A DNA stretch of 64,000 bases from positions 63,545-127,544 of the forward strand of contig JBEKGO010000001.1 of NCBI GenBank assembly GCA_050012755.1, given 5' to 3'. This document shows, in pieces, positions 32,386 through 40,427 of this stretch (position 1 is its first letter; every line of letters begins with the position of its first letter). This DNA comes from Candidatus Bathyarchaeia archaeon. GTDB lineage: Archaea > Thermoproteota > Bathyarchaeia > Bathyarchaeales > Bathycorpusculaceae. The translations under genes and the position numbers were made by a program. Under the pieces are notes generated by a model. That model was not told where the DNA came from and ran no database searches. It saw only the letters and a program-made list of their open reading frames with translations.

Positions 32386-33405
32386 TTATCCGATGTCAAC
32401 GCGTGCCGATTTTCGCTTAATTCCACATTTGCTACATTTTTCCATTAACGGGTACCCGCTTGTTTGGAAGCCATCATTGATTGGACCTTCAGTGTCGAAA
32501 TACTGAAGTGTTTTTTCTGCTGAGGCTACGATTTTTATTGGCTTAAATTCGTGAGTAGGTTTCTTTAGAATTTCTAAAATTCTGGAATTATCTCTAAGTT
32601 GCGTCCTAAGTTCCATAAATCGAGCTAATTGTTCCATATCAAAGCTCTCTAACTGAGATTGTATTAATTTAAATTTATCCAACGAAGTTTTAAGTTGATT
32701 TGCTTGTACAGTTGCTTCTGGTACGGGTTCATATTTGTTTATTGCTCTATTGATGTTTTCAATTTCAGCCGATATTGAATGTAGATCATTTCTTATTTTT
32801 GCATAGTTCTCCACAGCTTGGGTCAAGTTATTGTTTTGTCCAATGAATTTTTCAATTTGTGTTTTGTACTGCAAAAATTCTTGGTCATAATTTTGAGGAT
32901 TTAACTCGCACACGGGTTGTTTTTCCTTAATTTCTTTTGTTGCTGAGAGAAATTTTGCTGCTTCTTGTTCAATGTTACCCATCAGTTTATTATCGGGCAT
33001 TCGGTAATTTTGCCATTCATATTCAATTGATTTAATTTTTTTAACAGCATTCAATCTTTGCTTAGCTCTTTGTTGCTGTTGTATTGCCTCTTGCAGTTGT
33101 TTGGTAATGCGGTCGGTTTCGGCTTTTGCTAAAGCCTCAAGTGCTGATTTTCCTTTTGGAGTCAACTCAAAACCGACTTTGCCTTGCACGTAAATTTTCC
33201 GTATTAAGTTTTTTGAACTTAATCTGTTGATGCTGATTTCTAATTGTTGAAGGCTGATTCCTATTTTGCTGCTTATTCGACCGAGAGCCAATTTTTCTGT
33301 TTGGTCAGTGATACCGCCTTTCTTGGATAGAAAATCCATGATGGCTTCGTCTATTGATGGTTTGTTGGCTTCGTCGTCGCTCATGTTGGAGAACCTTGCA
33401 TACAT
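32386..33405 (-). CDS. Hypothetical protein: winged-helix N-terminus, long coiled coil, C-terminal CxxC
   Basis: LEISINRLSSKNLIRK...FELTPKGK wHTH signature; Q/E/K heptads; CSKCG near the end. Confidence 0.7.
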   Translation of the reverse strand: MYARFSNMSDDEANKPSIDEAIMDFLSKKGGITDQTEKLALGRISSKIGISLQQLEISINRLSSKNLIRKIYVQGKVGFELTPKGKSALEALAKAETDRITKQLQEAIQQQQRAKQRLNAVKKIKSIEYEWQNYRMPDNKLMGNIEQEAAKFLSATKEIKEKQPVCELNPQNYDQEFLQYKTQIEKFIGQNNNLTQAVENYAKIRNDLHSISAEIENINRAINKYEPVPEATVQANQLKTSLDKFKLIQSQLESFDMEQLARFMELRTQLRDNSRILEILKKPTHEFKPIKIVASAEKTLQYFDTEGPINDGFQTSGYPLMEKCSKCGIKRKSARVDIG

Positions 33406-33480
33406 AATGCTGGTTGGAGTTAAATAAATTAGATTGGGATTTTTCCTAAGGCTAGATCAAATATGATTCTCCAATTGTGC

Positions 33481-33517
33481 GTTCCATCTTTGGAACATCA
33501 TGTTCCATGAATAGAAC
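33481..33517. promoter_or_regulatory. Tandem GTTC-N8-GAAC palindromic operators
   Basis: GTTCCATCTTTGGAAC (33481-33496) and GTTCCATGAATAGAAC (33502-33517), starts 21 bp apart. Confidence 0.6.
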
Positions 33518-33560
33518 TATATGTTGCTTAGCGAGAGAATTTTATTGCAAGGAATAATGG

Positions 33561-34793
33561 ATGAGAAAGAGAGTTATCCTGCGAGCAGTTCTTGTTCTCG
33601 GGCTCTTAACTTCACTGTTTTTAGGGGTTCAAAATGTTAAGGCACAATACATATCGACTGATGTAGAAGTCACGTATGGGTCGCTTGAAACATTAGTTAA
33701 TCAGCGGGTTGAATTAACCGCAACGAACAGCGGCGGCACACCGCCATACACATATCGGTGGTACATCAATGACCAACCAGTGCAGGGAGCTACATCTTCA
33801 AAATTAGAGTTCATTGAATCTACACCTGGTTTGTATTATATTTCTCTTGGCATAACTGATTCTTCAGGCAACTACACTCTTGCCACATTTATGGGCACAT
33901 TTTTCATTAAAGTTTTAGCAGTGCCCACGCCTTCTGCCTCATCTTCTCCATCGCCAACTTCACAACCTGAAACGGCTCCAAAAATTTTAGAACCGATTGT
34001 TTCTTTTACTCAATGGCATACAAGTTCACCTGTTATTCAACCACCTGCAAACCGTTCTGCAGACATTCAACCAATCGTTGAAATTATGTCACCTAGAAAT
34101 CAAACTACATTCCAAACAAGTAACGTCACATTAACAGTAAATGTAGCTTCATATTTCTGGATACTTGATAGTGTTTATTATCAGGCGGATTGGCAAGATG
34201 GTGTTCATCAAATTTTCGGTATTCAGCCCAATTATGAAGATGCGTTGAATGCAACAATTACGGCAGCCTTTACGCAGATTCCCATAGGGAATCATACCGT
34301 AGAGATTTATGCAAACACCCATGACGGTATGCATACTTTCTCTACTGTTACCTTTTTAACTGAAGGATATTTGCCAAAAATCTCAGTCTTATCGACAGAG
34401 AATCAAACTTATATATCAAAAGATTTAACGTTGAATTTTACGATTGACAAGCCTACATCTTGGATAGGTTACAGTCTTGATGGTCAGGGAAATGTAACTG
34501 TCAATCCAACTATTATCATCAACAATGGCGTCATAAATAATATCACAATTGCTAATCTAACAAACGGTTTTCACAGCCTAATAGTCTACGCTAATGATAC
34601 AATGGGCGACATGAGTGCTTCTCAACCAATTAATTTCAGTATAGCTTCATCAACTGCTATGAGGTCAGAATCTCTCCCGACCATATTCACAATTGCTCTT
34701 GCTTCTGTCATAATAGTATTGGCTTGTGTAAGCTTTTTGTTGTTTTATGGAAGGCATCAAAAAACTCAACTTTATAATGAAAGAATTAGTTAG
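33561..34793 (+). CDS. Secreted Ig-like/PKD-like domain protein with C-terminal TM anchor
   Basis: Signal peptide, GGTPPYTYRWY, S/P/T linker, IGYSLDGQ..NVT, GFHSLIVYANDT, TM tail. Confidence 0.78.
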   Translation: MRKRVILRAVLVLGLLTSLFLGVQNVKAQYISTDVEVTYGSLETLVNQRVELTATNSGGTPPYTYRWYINDQPVQGATSSKLEFIESTPGLYYISLGITDSSGNYTLATFMGTFFIKVLAVPTPSASSSPSPTSQPETAPKILEPIVSFTQWHTSSPVIQPPANRSADIQPIVEIMSPRNQTTFQTSNVTLTVNVASYFWILDSVYYQADWQDGVHQIFGIQPNYEDALNATITAAFTQIPIGNHTVEIYANTHDGMHTFSTVTFLTEGYLPKISVLSTENQTYISKDLTLNFTIDKPTSWIGYSLDGQGNVTVNPTIIINNGVINNITIANLTNGFHSLIVYANDTMGDMSASQPINFSIASSTAMRSESLPTIFTIALASVIIVLACVSFLLFYGRHQKTQLYNERIS

Positions 34794-34941
34794 CTTTGAC
34801 TCTGTGCTTTGGAGTTTAAACCATAACATCCGCGAACTCAAGTAAAATTTCATCTTGGGTACGAGAAATTTGTTTCTTGAAATTTTCTGTTTTGGACAAC
34901 CCTTATAGGTCTCGACTGTTAACCTTTGTTGGTTTTTGAAA

Positions 34942-35028
34942 ATGGTAATGTACCAATTTGTTAGAGAAGAAGAAGACGAAGATTGCGAAGACGACTGCGA
35001 CTGTGAAGACTGCGAAGACGAAGAATAA
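34942..35028 (+). CDS. 28-aa acidic Cys-rich micro-protein (not in ORF track)
   Basis: MVMYQFVREEEDEDCEDDCDCEDCEDEE*; TTATA ~38 bp upstream; T-rich terminator immediately downstream. Confidence 0.6.
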   Translation: MVMYQFVREEEDEDCEDDCDCEDCEDEE

Positions 35029-35093
35029 ACATTCTTCCACTTTCTTTTTTCTGATTTTGCCTTTGAGTTTAGGCTACTTTTACTACTGACTTG

Positions 35094-35561
35094 CTATTCA
35101 GATAGCTTCTTTGCTAATTCTTGTGCCCAGGCTTTGGTTTTCTCGACCTGTCCAGCTTTAAACTGCCATAGGTTCTTGTCTTTTCTTTCTACATAAACGA
35201 CCAGTGGCTCCTTGAATATGGTAAAGCCAAGTTTCTCCAGTTTCTTTTCTATCCCTTTAGCAGCATTTCCAGTTATGGCCGCCTTTATTTGAGTATCAAA
35301 CGTAGCTGCCTTTATCCCCGCAAACTCACTTTCGCCTAGAGCGTTCAAAAAATCCATAATGCCCACCGTAGCTCTAAAAGCCATTGTTGGAGCGCCAGCA
35401 ATCAAACAGCCATATTCCTTAACTTTTGCAGCATCAATGTCTTTAACGTAAAAGGAATCAACGTCAATCCCATTCTCCTTCAAGGTTTCAGTTATTGATT
35501 CAGCTACTTGTTTGGTCATTTTGCTTTCCGAAACCGTGTCATACAAAACTAAAACTCTCAT
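35094..35561 (-). CDS. Flavodoxin-like protein
   Basis: MRVLVLYDT...TKQVAESI, GAPT, AATFDT; likely start ATG at 35561. Confidence 0.85.
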   Translation of the reverse strand: MRVLVLYDTVSESKMTKQVAESITETLKENGIDVDSFYVKDIDAAKVKEYGCLIAGAPTMAFRATVGIMDFLNALGESEFAGIKAATFDTQIKAAITGNAAKGIEKKLEKLGFTIFKEPLVVYVERKDKNLWQFKAGQVEKTKAWAQELAKKLSE

Positions 35562-35650
35562 GACTTCGCTTCCTTTAACGCTGAATTGTATTGAAGACAC
35601 AGGTTCTTAAGCTTTAAAATCTTTATGAGGGAATAAGATTTGGGCTTTTT

Positions 35651-35902
35651 TTAGGTTTTTCGAGATTCAATTATGCCTCGGCATTTGTCAGCGTATTGAC
35701 AATATTCTAGGCAGGCGGCTGATTTATCTGGGCGTTTCCATTCAGCGCCACATGAGGGACATGTTGTTTTGTCTTCGTCGCTCCAGATTTCAAGGTCGCC
35801 TCCGCAAACATGGCATTTAATGTAGGCTGGTTTTGGCTGGAGCAGATCGCGTAGTCCAGGGCACGTTTGAGGATTTTTTTCTGGTTTGTCTTTAGAGCCC
35901 AA
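35651..35902 (-). CDS. Small Cys-rich zinc-ribbon protein
   Basis: CPG, CHVCG..LEIWSDE, CPSCG, CLEYCQYADKC. Confidence 0.75.
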   Translation of the reverse strand: MGSKDKPEKNPQTCPGLRDLLQPKPAYIKCHVCGGDLEIWSDEDKTTCPSCGAEWKRPDKSAACLEYCQYADKCRGIIESRKT

Positions 35903-36536
35903 CTATTTCACCACCTATCTTCACTTCAAGCTCTTTAACGGGGATTTGTTTGCCTGATGTCTCAAGTGCCTTGTTTACAGCCCACTTTAAACCCGTGCAG
36001 CAGGGTACTTCCATGTGGACAACGGTTACGGAGGCAATGCTGTTTTGTTTGAAGATTTCAGCTAGTTTTTCGGCATAAGCTCTGGCATCGTTGAATTTTG
36101 GGCAACCAATAATGGTTCGTTTTCCAACGATTAGGTCATGGAAGTTTTTGAGTGCAATTGGAGCGCAGTCAGCGGCAAATAGCAAGTTGGCGTTTTCAAA
36201 GAAAGGCGCTTTTATCGGGACTAGCTCTAATTTTACTGGCCACTGGGGCTTTTGGGGCGCCGGGTTGGCTTGGATTTTTATGGTTGACGCTGGGTTTCTG
36301 TTTTTAAGGTGTTCGTGGGTTTCTGTTTGGTTGAATGGTTCAGCTTCCCTCTCTGTAATCGTTATTGCCCCTTGCGGACACTGACCCAAACACGCGCCAA
36401 GTCCATCGCAGTAAACCTCTTTGATAATTTTCGCCTTCCCATTCACAATTTGCAACGCGCCTTCAACACATTTAGGAATACAGACTCCGCAGCCGTTGCA
36501 GAGATCTTCATTTATGTTTACAATTTTTCTCTTCAT
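35892..36536 (-). CDS. 4Fe-4S dicluster ferredoxin-domain protein
   Basis: CNGCGVCIPKCVEGA, CDGLGACLGQCPQ, QWPVKL, AADC, GCPK, MEVPCC. Confidence 0.88.
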   Translation of the reverse strand: MKRKIVNINEDLCNGCGVCIPKCVEGALQIVNGKAKIIKEVYCDGLGACLGQCPQGAITITEREAEPFNQTETHEHLKNRNPASTIKIQANPAPQKPQWPVKLELVPIKAPFFENANLLFAADCAPIALKNFHDLIVGKRTIIGCPKFNDARAYAEKLAEIFKQNSIASVTVVHMEVPCCTGLKWAVNKALETSGKQIPVKELEVKIGGEIVGL

Positions 36537-36537
36537 G

Positions 36538-36858
36538 CTAGTTTTCTCCTCTTAGGCATTTTCCGCCTGTGTAGCAGAATTTTTCTGCGTGGTTTTGGAT
36601 GGCTCCAAAGATGGGACGAAGGGTTTCTTCGTTGACAGTGTATATGTGTTTTTTGCCTTCTTTTTTGACGAGAATGAGGTTGCATTGGAGAAGCGGCTTG
36701 AGGTTGTGTGAGACCATGCTTTGTTCTTGCTCAAGTGCTGTTGCGAGTTCGTTTACGCTCATGGGTTTCTCCATCAATTGTTCAAGTGCGGCAAGTCTGG
36801 TAGGGTTTGCGAGGTTAGTGAAGAAGCGGTAGCAGATTTTTGTTAGTATTGTTTTCAT
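36538..36858 (-). CDS. ArsR/SmtB-family transcriptional regulator
   Basis: LANPTRL, SVNELA, QSMVSHNLKPL, KEGKKHIY; C-terminal His/Cys residues. Confidence 0.9.
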   Translation of the reverse strand: MKTILTKICYRFFTNLANPTRLAALEQLMEKPMSVNELATALEQEQSMVSHNLKPLLQCNLILVKKEGKKHIYTVNEETLRPIFGAIQNHAEKFCYTGGKCLRGEN

Positions 36859-36880
36859 TTTTAATCTTTACCTGATAGTT

Positions 36881-36916
36881 ATATGAATATTAATTCATAT
36901 GAATAATTATTCATAT
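36881..36916. promoter_or_regulatory. Two overlapping ArsR/SmtB-type palindromic operators
   Basis: ATATGAAT-atta-ATTCATAT (36881-36900) and perfect ATATGAATAATTATTCATAT (36897-36916) upstream of the ArsR gene. Confidence 0.8.
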
Positions 36917-37039
36917 AAATGTTGTGTCGTATTTTCCTTACTTTTTCCAGTGATAAACTTTAGAAAACTGTCCATAACTTACGTGCCATGACGTACCTTA
37001 ACCGGAACATTCAATCTTTCAATCCTTCTAAAAAAGTAA

Positions 37040-37372
37040 TTATCGCCACCAATGTTTTTTCGGCTCACCAAAGACAATTTCATCATTCTGTTTTAAGTCG
37101 CAAACCTTAACAAAACCATATTCTTCGATTTTAGTTTCATAAACACCCTCTGGAAGCTCGGCGGTTACTTTCCCATAACTATCTGTATTCATTGATATCA
37201 TCAGTCTTTTGAATGGGGTTCCATTTTTGAGATTTTCAGCCCATTGTTTTAGTGTTATTGATTCTTTTTCTAATCTGAAAACTTTAACGTTAACATTTTG
37301 GACTGGCTTATTTCTTTGAAAGTCAACCACTTTCACAACAAGCGTGAAAGTCTTTTCCAAGACGGAATCCAA
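37040..37372 (-). CDS. Hypothetical protein (prealbumin/carboxypeptidase-regulatory-like beta fold possible)
   Basis: VKVVD..NKPV.NV.V...TDSYGKV..ELPEGVY pattern. Confidence 0.6.
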   Translation of the reverse strand: MDSVLEKTFTLVVKVVDFQRNKPVQNVNVKVFRLEKESITLKQWAENLKNGTPFKRLMISMNTDSYGKVTAELPEGVYETKIEEYGFVKVCDLKQNDEIVFGEPKKHWWR

Positions 37373-37467
37373 TTCCTAAGTCACCACTGGAAAAAATTGA
37401 ACAACTTTAGAGATATCATACGTCATTCTAACAAAAAGCAGCTCGCGCTTAAACAATTTCAAAAGCA

Positions 37468-37584
37468 TCAATACTCTCTGTCTTTTTTCCAGATGTTTAG
37501 GGAGCATTGCCCCCAACAGTAACTACTTGCTTTGTACATACAGCATCCACAATTCGGTGAATCAAAAAGTCTACGTTTACTCAC
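37468..37584 (-). CDS. Putative 38-aa Cys-rich micro-protein (not in ORF track)
   Basis: GTG start after GAGTGGG; MSKRRLFDSPNCGCCMYKASSYCWGQCSLNIWKKDREY*. Confidence 0.35.
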   Translation of the reverse strand: MSKRRLFDSPNCGCCMYKASSYCWGQCSLNIWKKDREY

Positions 37585-37893
37585 AAACCCACTCAAAACA
37601 ATATGTTGCAGACATGCATTTCTGTGTTCCCATCACTTTCTACTAAAATCCTCAGTGTTTCTTAAGATAGTAAAAAGGATTCAGGGATCAAAGCTGTAAT
37701 CGAACTTCTGTTGTTTTGTAGGCTGGTGTATTGGTCGTAACCCTCCTTAAGCCTTATTAATTTTTTAATACCTATTTCTTCACTCATTTTTAATCCCTGA
37801 TTTCCTATTGTTGATAGCTAGCTATAAGCTTTTTGAAGGTTTACAATTTTAAGCAAATATGCTCATGCATGCGTATCTCACTTAAATGTCCAT

Positions 37894-40062
37894 TTACTTT
37901 TCAGTTCTTGGTAGGGGGAAACGTATTATGAATGTTGTTCCTTTGCCTTCTTGGCTCTCGAAGGTTACGGTGCCTCCCAACGATTCAGTCATACGCTTGA
38001 TTACTGCTAAGCCGAAGCCTTGACCTTTCGCTTTAGTTGTAAACATTGGTGTAAACAATTTACCTCTAACGGCTTCAGGAATGCCAACGCCAATGTCCGT
38101 GACAGTTATTATGACGTCGTTTGAATCTTTGAAAACATGTATGGTTACTTTTCCGCCTTTGGGCATAGCTTGAACAGCATTATTAACCAAATTGTACATA
38201 ATGCGGTTTATGTATGCGGAGTCAGCCATAACTTTACAAGCCTCAGCGTCAACTTTAACGCTCGCCTTAACATTTTCAGGCAACCCAACCTTTGCAAGCA
38301 ACTCATCAATTATGAGTTTTAAATCGACCTCTTCGGTGTGCGGGTTAAGTGGTTTGGCAAAATCTTGAAGGTCCACGACAATTTTGTTAATGTAATCAAT
38401 GTTCTTTTCAATCTCTTGCAAACTCTCTAACGCAAGCTTTTTTTCATCACTCTCAACCGTCGAAGCTAATTCTGTTTTAGCCAAGTAAACATCGCTTATA
38501 ATGGACTGCAACGGGTTACGAATGTCATGACCAACCATTGCTGCAGTAGCGCCAATAGCCGCTAAGCGTTCAGAGTCTTTTAGTTTCTTTGCAGCTTCCG
38601 CAGCTTCCGCTTCAGCTTTTTTAAGCTCTGAGATATCTCTTGCCGCTGCAAAAACGCCTTGTATCTCACCTTTGTCATTGGTGTAAACAGTAGCATTGTA
38701 CAAAACTTCGGTGATTTTGCCATTCTTATGTTTAATCGCTAATGGATAATCTTTCACTATTCCCTCACTGAAAACCCGTTTATAACCAATCTTGGCTTTT
38801 TCAGGTTCAACAAAGTAATCTGAGAAGTCACTGCCAATTAACTCAGCTCTGGAACACCCCGTAGCTATCTCGGTGGCTTTGTTGACGTCGGTGATTTTGC
38901 CCTCAGCACTGATAGTGAGCAGAGGGTCCAGACTTGCTTCAATTAGGTTTCGAGCATACAGAGCGCTGAGCTCAAGTTTCTTGGTTCGCTCCTCAACAAG
39001 CTTCTCCAAATCTCCAGAGTGAGTCTTCAATTCTCTTTCGTTTTCTTCAAGCATTTTCAGCATTATGCTGTTGACCAATGCAACTGAGGCTATTTCTCCA
39101 AAAGCCAGTGACATTTCAGCATCGCGTTCGGTGAATCCACCTATTTTATTAGCCAACCCGAGGACTCCAACTGTTCTCTGTTTGACAGTTAATGGCGCAA
39201 ATAACACGTTCTTGAGCTGAACATGACCTTTTGGGGAGAACTTTTGCCATTTGCTGTGTGGAAAATCATTTTCTACAGCCACTTTCCCTGAGTTATATGC
39301 GGTTGAGCGGAGTCCCCGAATAGGCATCGGAAGCGAAGGGTCAACAGTACAAGGAAGCCCCCCAGAATCCAGAAACAAAACTTGGTTTTCTTTTCCATCA
39401 TCGCTTAAGAGCGCAACATAGCCAGCTTTGGCTCCGATTAGTTCCTTGCAAGCGTCAAAAATTGCTCGCGCTGAGACTTGAAATTCTTGATTTTGCAGAA
39501 CTGCTTTTGACGCCTTCAATAGGGCTGAAACCTCAGACTCACGCCGCCGAGATGCTTCAAGAAATGTAGATAACTCTTGCTCCATTTTCTTGTTTTTAGT
39601 AATGTCTCTGGCTATTGATGAAGCTCCAACGATCGTTCCATGATGGTCTCTGATTGGAGAAACAGTGAGGGATACGTCGATTTTTGTGCCGTCTTTTCGT
39701 ATACGTTGAGTTTGAAGACTCTTAATTTGCTCTCCTGCGCCGATTCTTTTAAGGATTTGCGAAATTTCTTCTTTTTCATTCTCTGGAGCCAAGATTTTAA
39801 TTGATTTACCAAGAACTTCAACTGCTTTATACCCATAGATTTTTTCCGCGGCATTATTCCAACTTGTAATAGTTCCATCTATATTCTTGCCAATAATTGC
39901 ATCATCTGAATTTTGGACAATAGCGACGAGAAATTGAGTTTCTTTTTCAGTCTTATTGCGTTTGGCAATCGTTTGTATGCTATCGGCTTTCTCATCGGTA
40001 TTCCTTTTACTTGTATGCAAAGAAGCACCACAACTCTCAAAAGGTATTATCTTACTCTTCAC
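37894..40062 (-). CDS. Multi-sensor histidine kinase (PAS-GAF-PAS-HisKA-HATPase)
   Basis: SDDAIIGK..DG.ITSWN PAS, AMVGHDIRNPL, NLVNNAVQAM, FTTKAKGQGFGL. Confidence 0.92.
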   Translation of the reverse strand: MKSKIIPFESCGASLHTSKRNTDEKADSIQTIAKRNKTEKETQFLVAIVQNSDDAIIGKNIDGTITSWNNAAEKIYGYKAVEVLGKSIKILAPENEKEEISQILKRIGAGEQIKSLQTQRIRKDGTKIDVSLTVSPIRDHHGTIVGASSIARDITKNKKMEQELSTFLEASRRRESEVSALLKASKAVLQNQEFQVSARAIFDACKELIGAKAGYVALLSDDGKENQVLFLDSGGLPCTVDPSLPMPIRGLRSTAYNSGKVAVENDFPHSKWQKFSPKGHVQLKNVLFAPLTVKQRTVGVLGLANKIGGFTERDAEMSLAFGEIASVALVNSIMLKMLEENERELKTHSGDLEKLVEERTKKLELSALYARNLIEASLDPLLTISAEGKITDVNKATEIATGCSRAELIGSDFSDYFVEPEKAKIGYKRVFSEGIVKDYPLAIKHKNGKITEVLYNATVYTNDKGEIQGVFAAARDISELKKAEAEAAEAAKKLKDSERLAAIGATAAMVGHDIRNPLQSIISDVYLAKTELASTVESDEKKLALESLQEIEKNIDYINKIVVDLQDFAKPLNPHTEEVDLKLIIDELLAKVGLPENVKASVKVDAEACKVMADSAYINRIMYNLVNNAVQAMPKGGKVTIHVFKDSNDVIITVTDIGVGIPEAVRGKLFTPMFTTKAKGQGFGLAVIKRMTESLGGTVTFESQEGKGTTFIIRFPLPRTEK

Positions 40063-40290
40063 GACCCAAGAAATAAAAGTTTTTTCTAGAAGTGAGGTTT
40101 TGGTTTGTTTGTTCTTTGAAACTCAGTTTTGCTGATTTTAGAATATAAATGCAACTCTTTTTTTGTTTGCTGGCTTGTTGTGCAAAAACAGAGTCCTTAG
40201 GCGTGGGGGTTGCCTTTAGAGTTAGAGGCATCGCCATGGCTCAACCGTTTCTTTGTTGAGCTTTCGCTTCAAAAAGAAAGTGAGGTGAGG

Positions 40291-40325
40291 CAAGCGGAGC
40301 GACCGCGCAAGCGGGAGCGAAGCGC
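40291..40325. other. Cluster of GC-rich GNA/GNNA mini-hairpin motifs (possible single-strand origin/oriT remnant)
   Basis: GCGGAGC, CCGC-GCAA-GCGG, GCGGGAGC and GCGAAGC within 30 bp of otherwise AT-rich DNA. Confidence 0.4.
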
Positions 40326-40427
40326 TGAATATTTTTGTAAACAAAAGGGTATTTTCTAGAATCTGCTATCCTAAAAATTCTTATTAACTACTGCCTTTTA
40401 ATCTTACATTTAAGCGGGGCATCCATT

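Noticed and set aside
40190-40240. Fluoride riboswitch (GGCGATG on minus strand)
   Set aside because: Lacks the complementary TCGCC stem and downstream pseudoknot segment.
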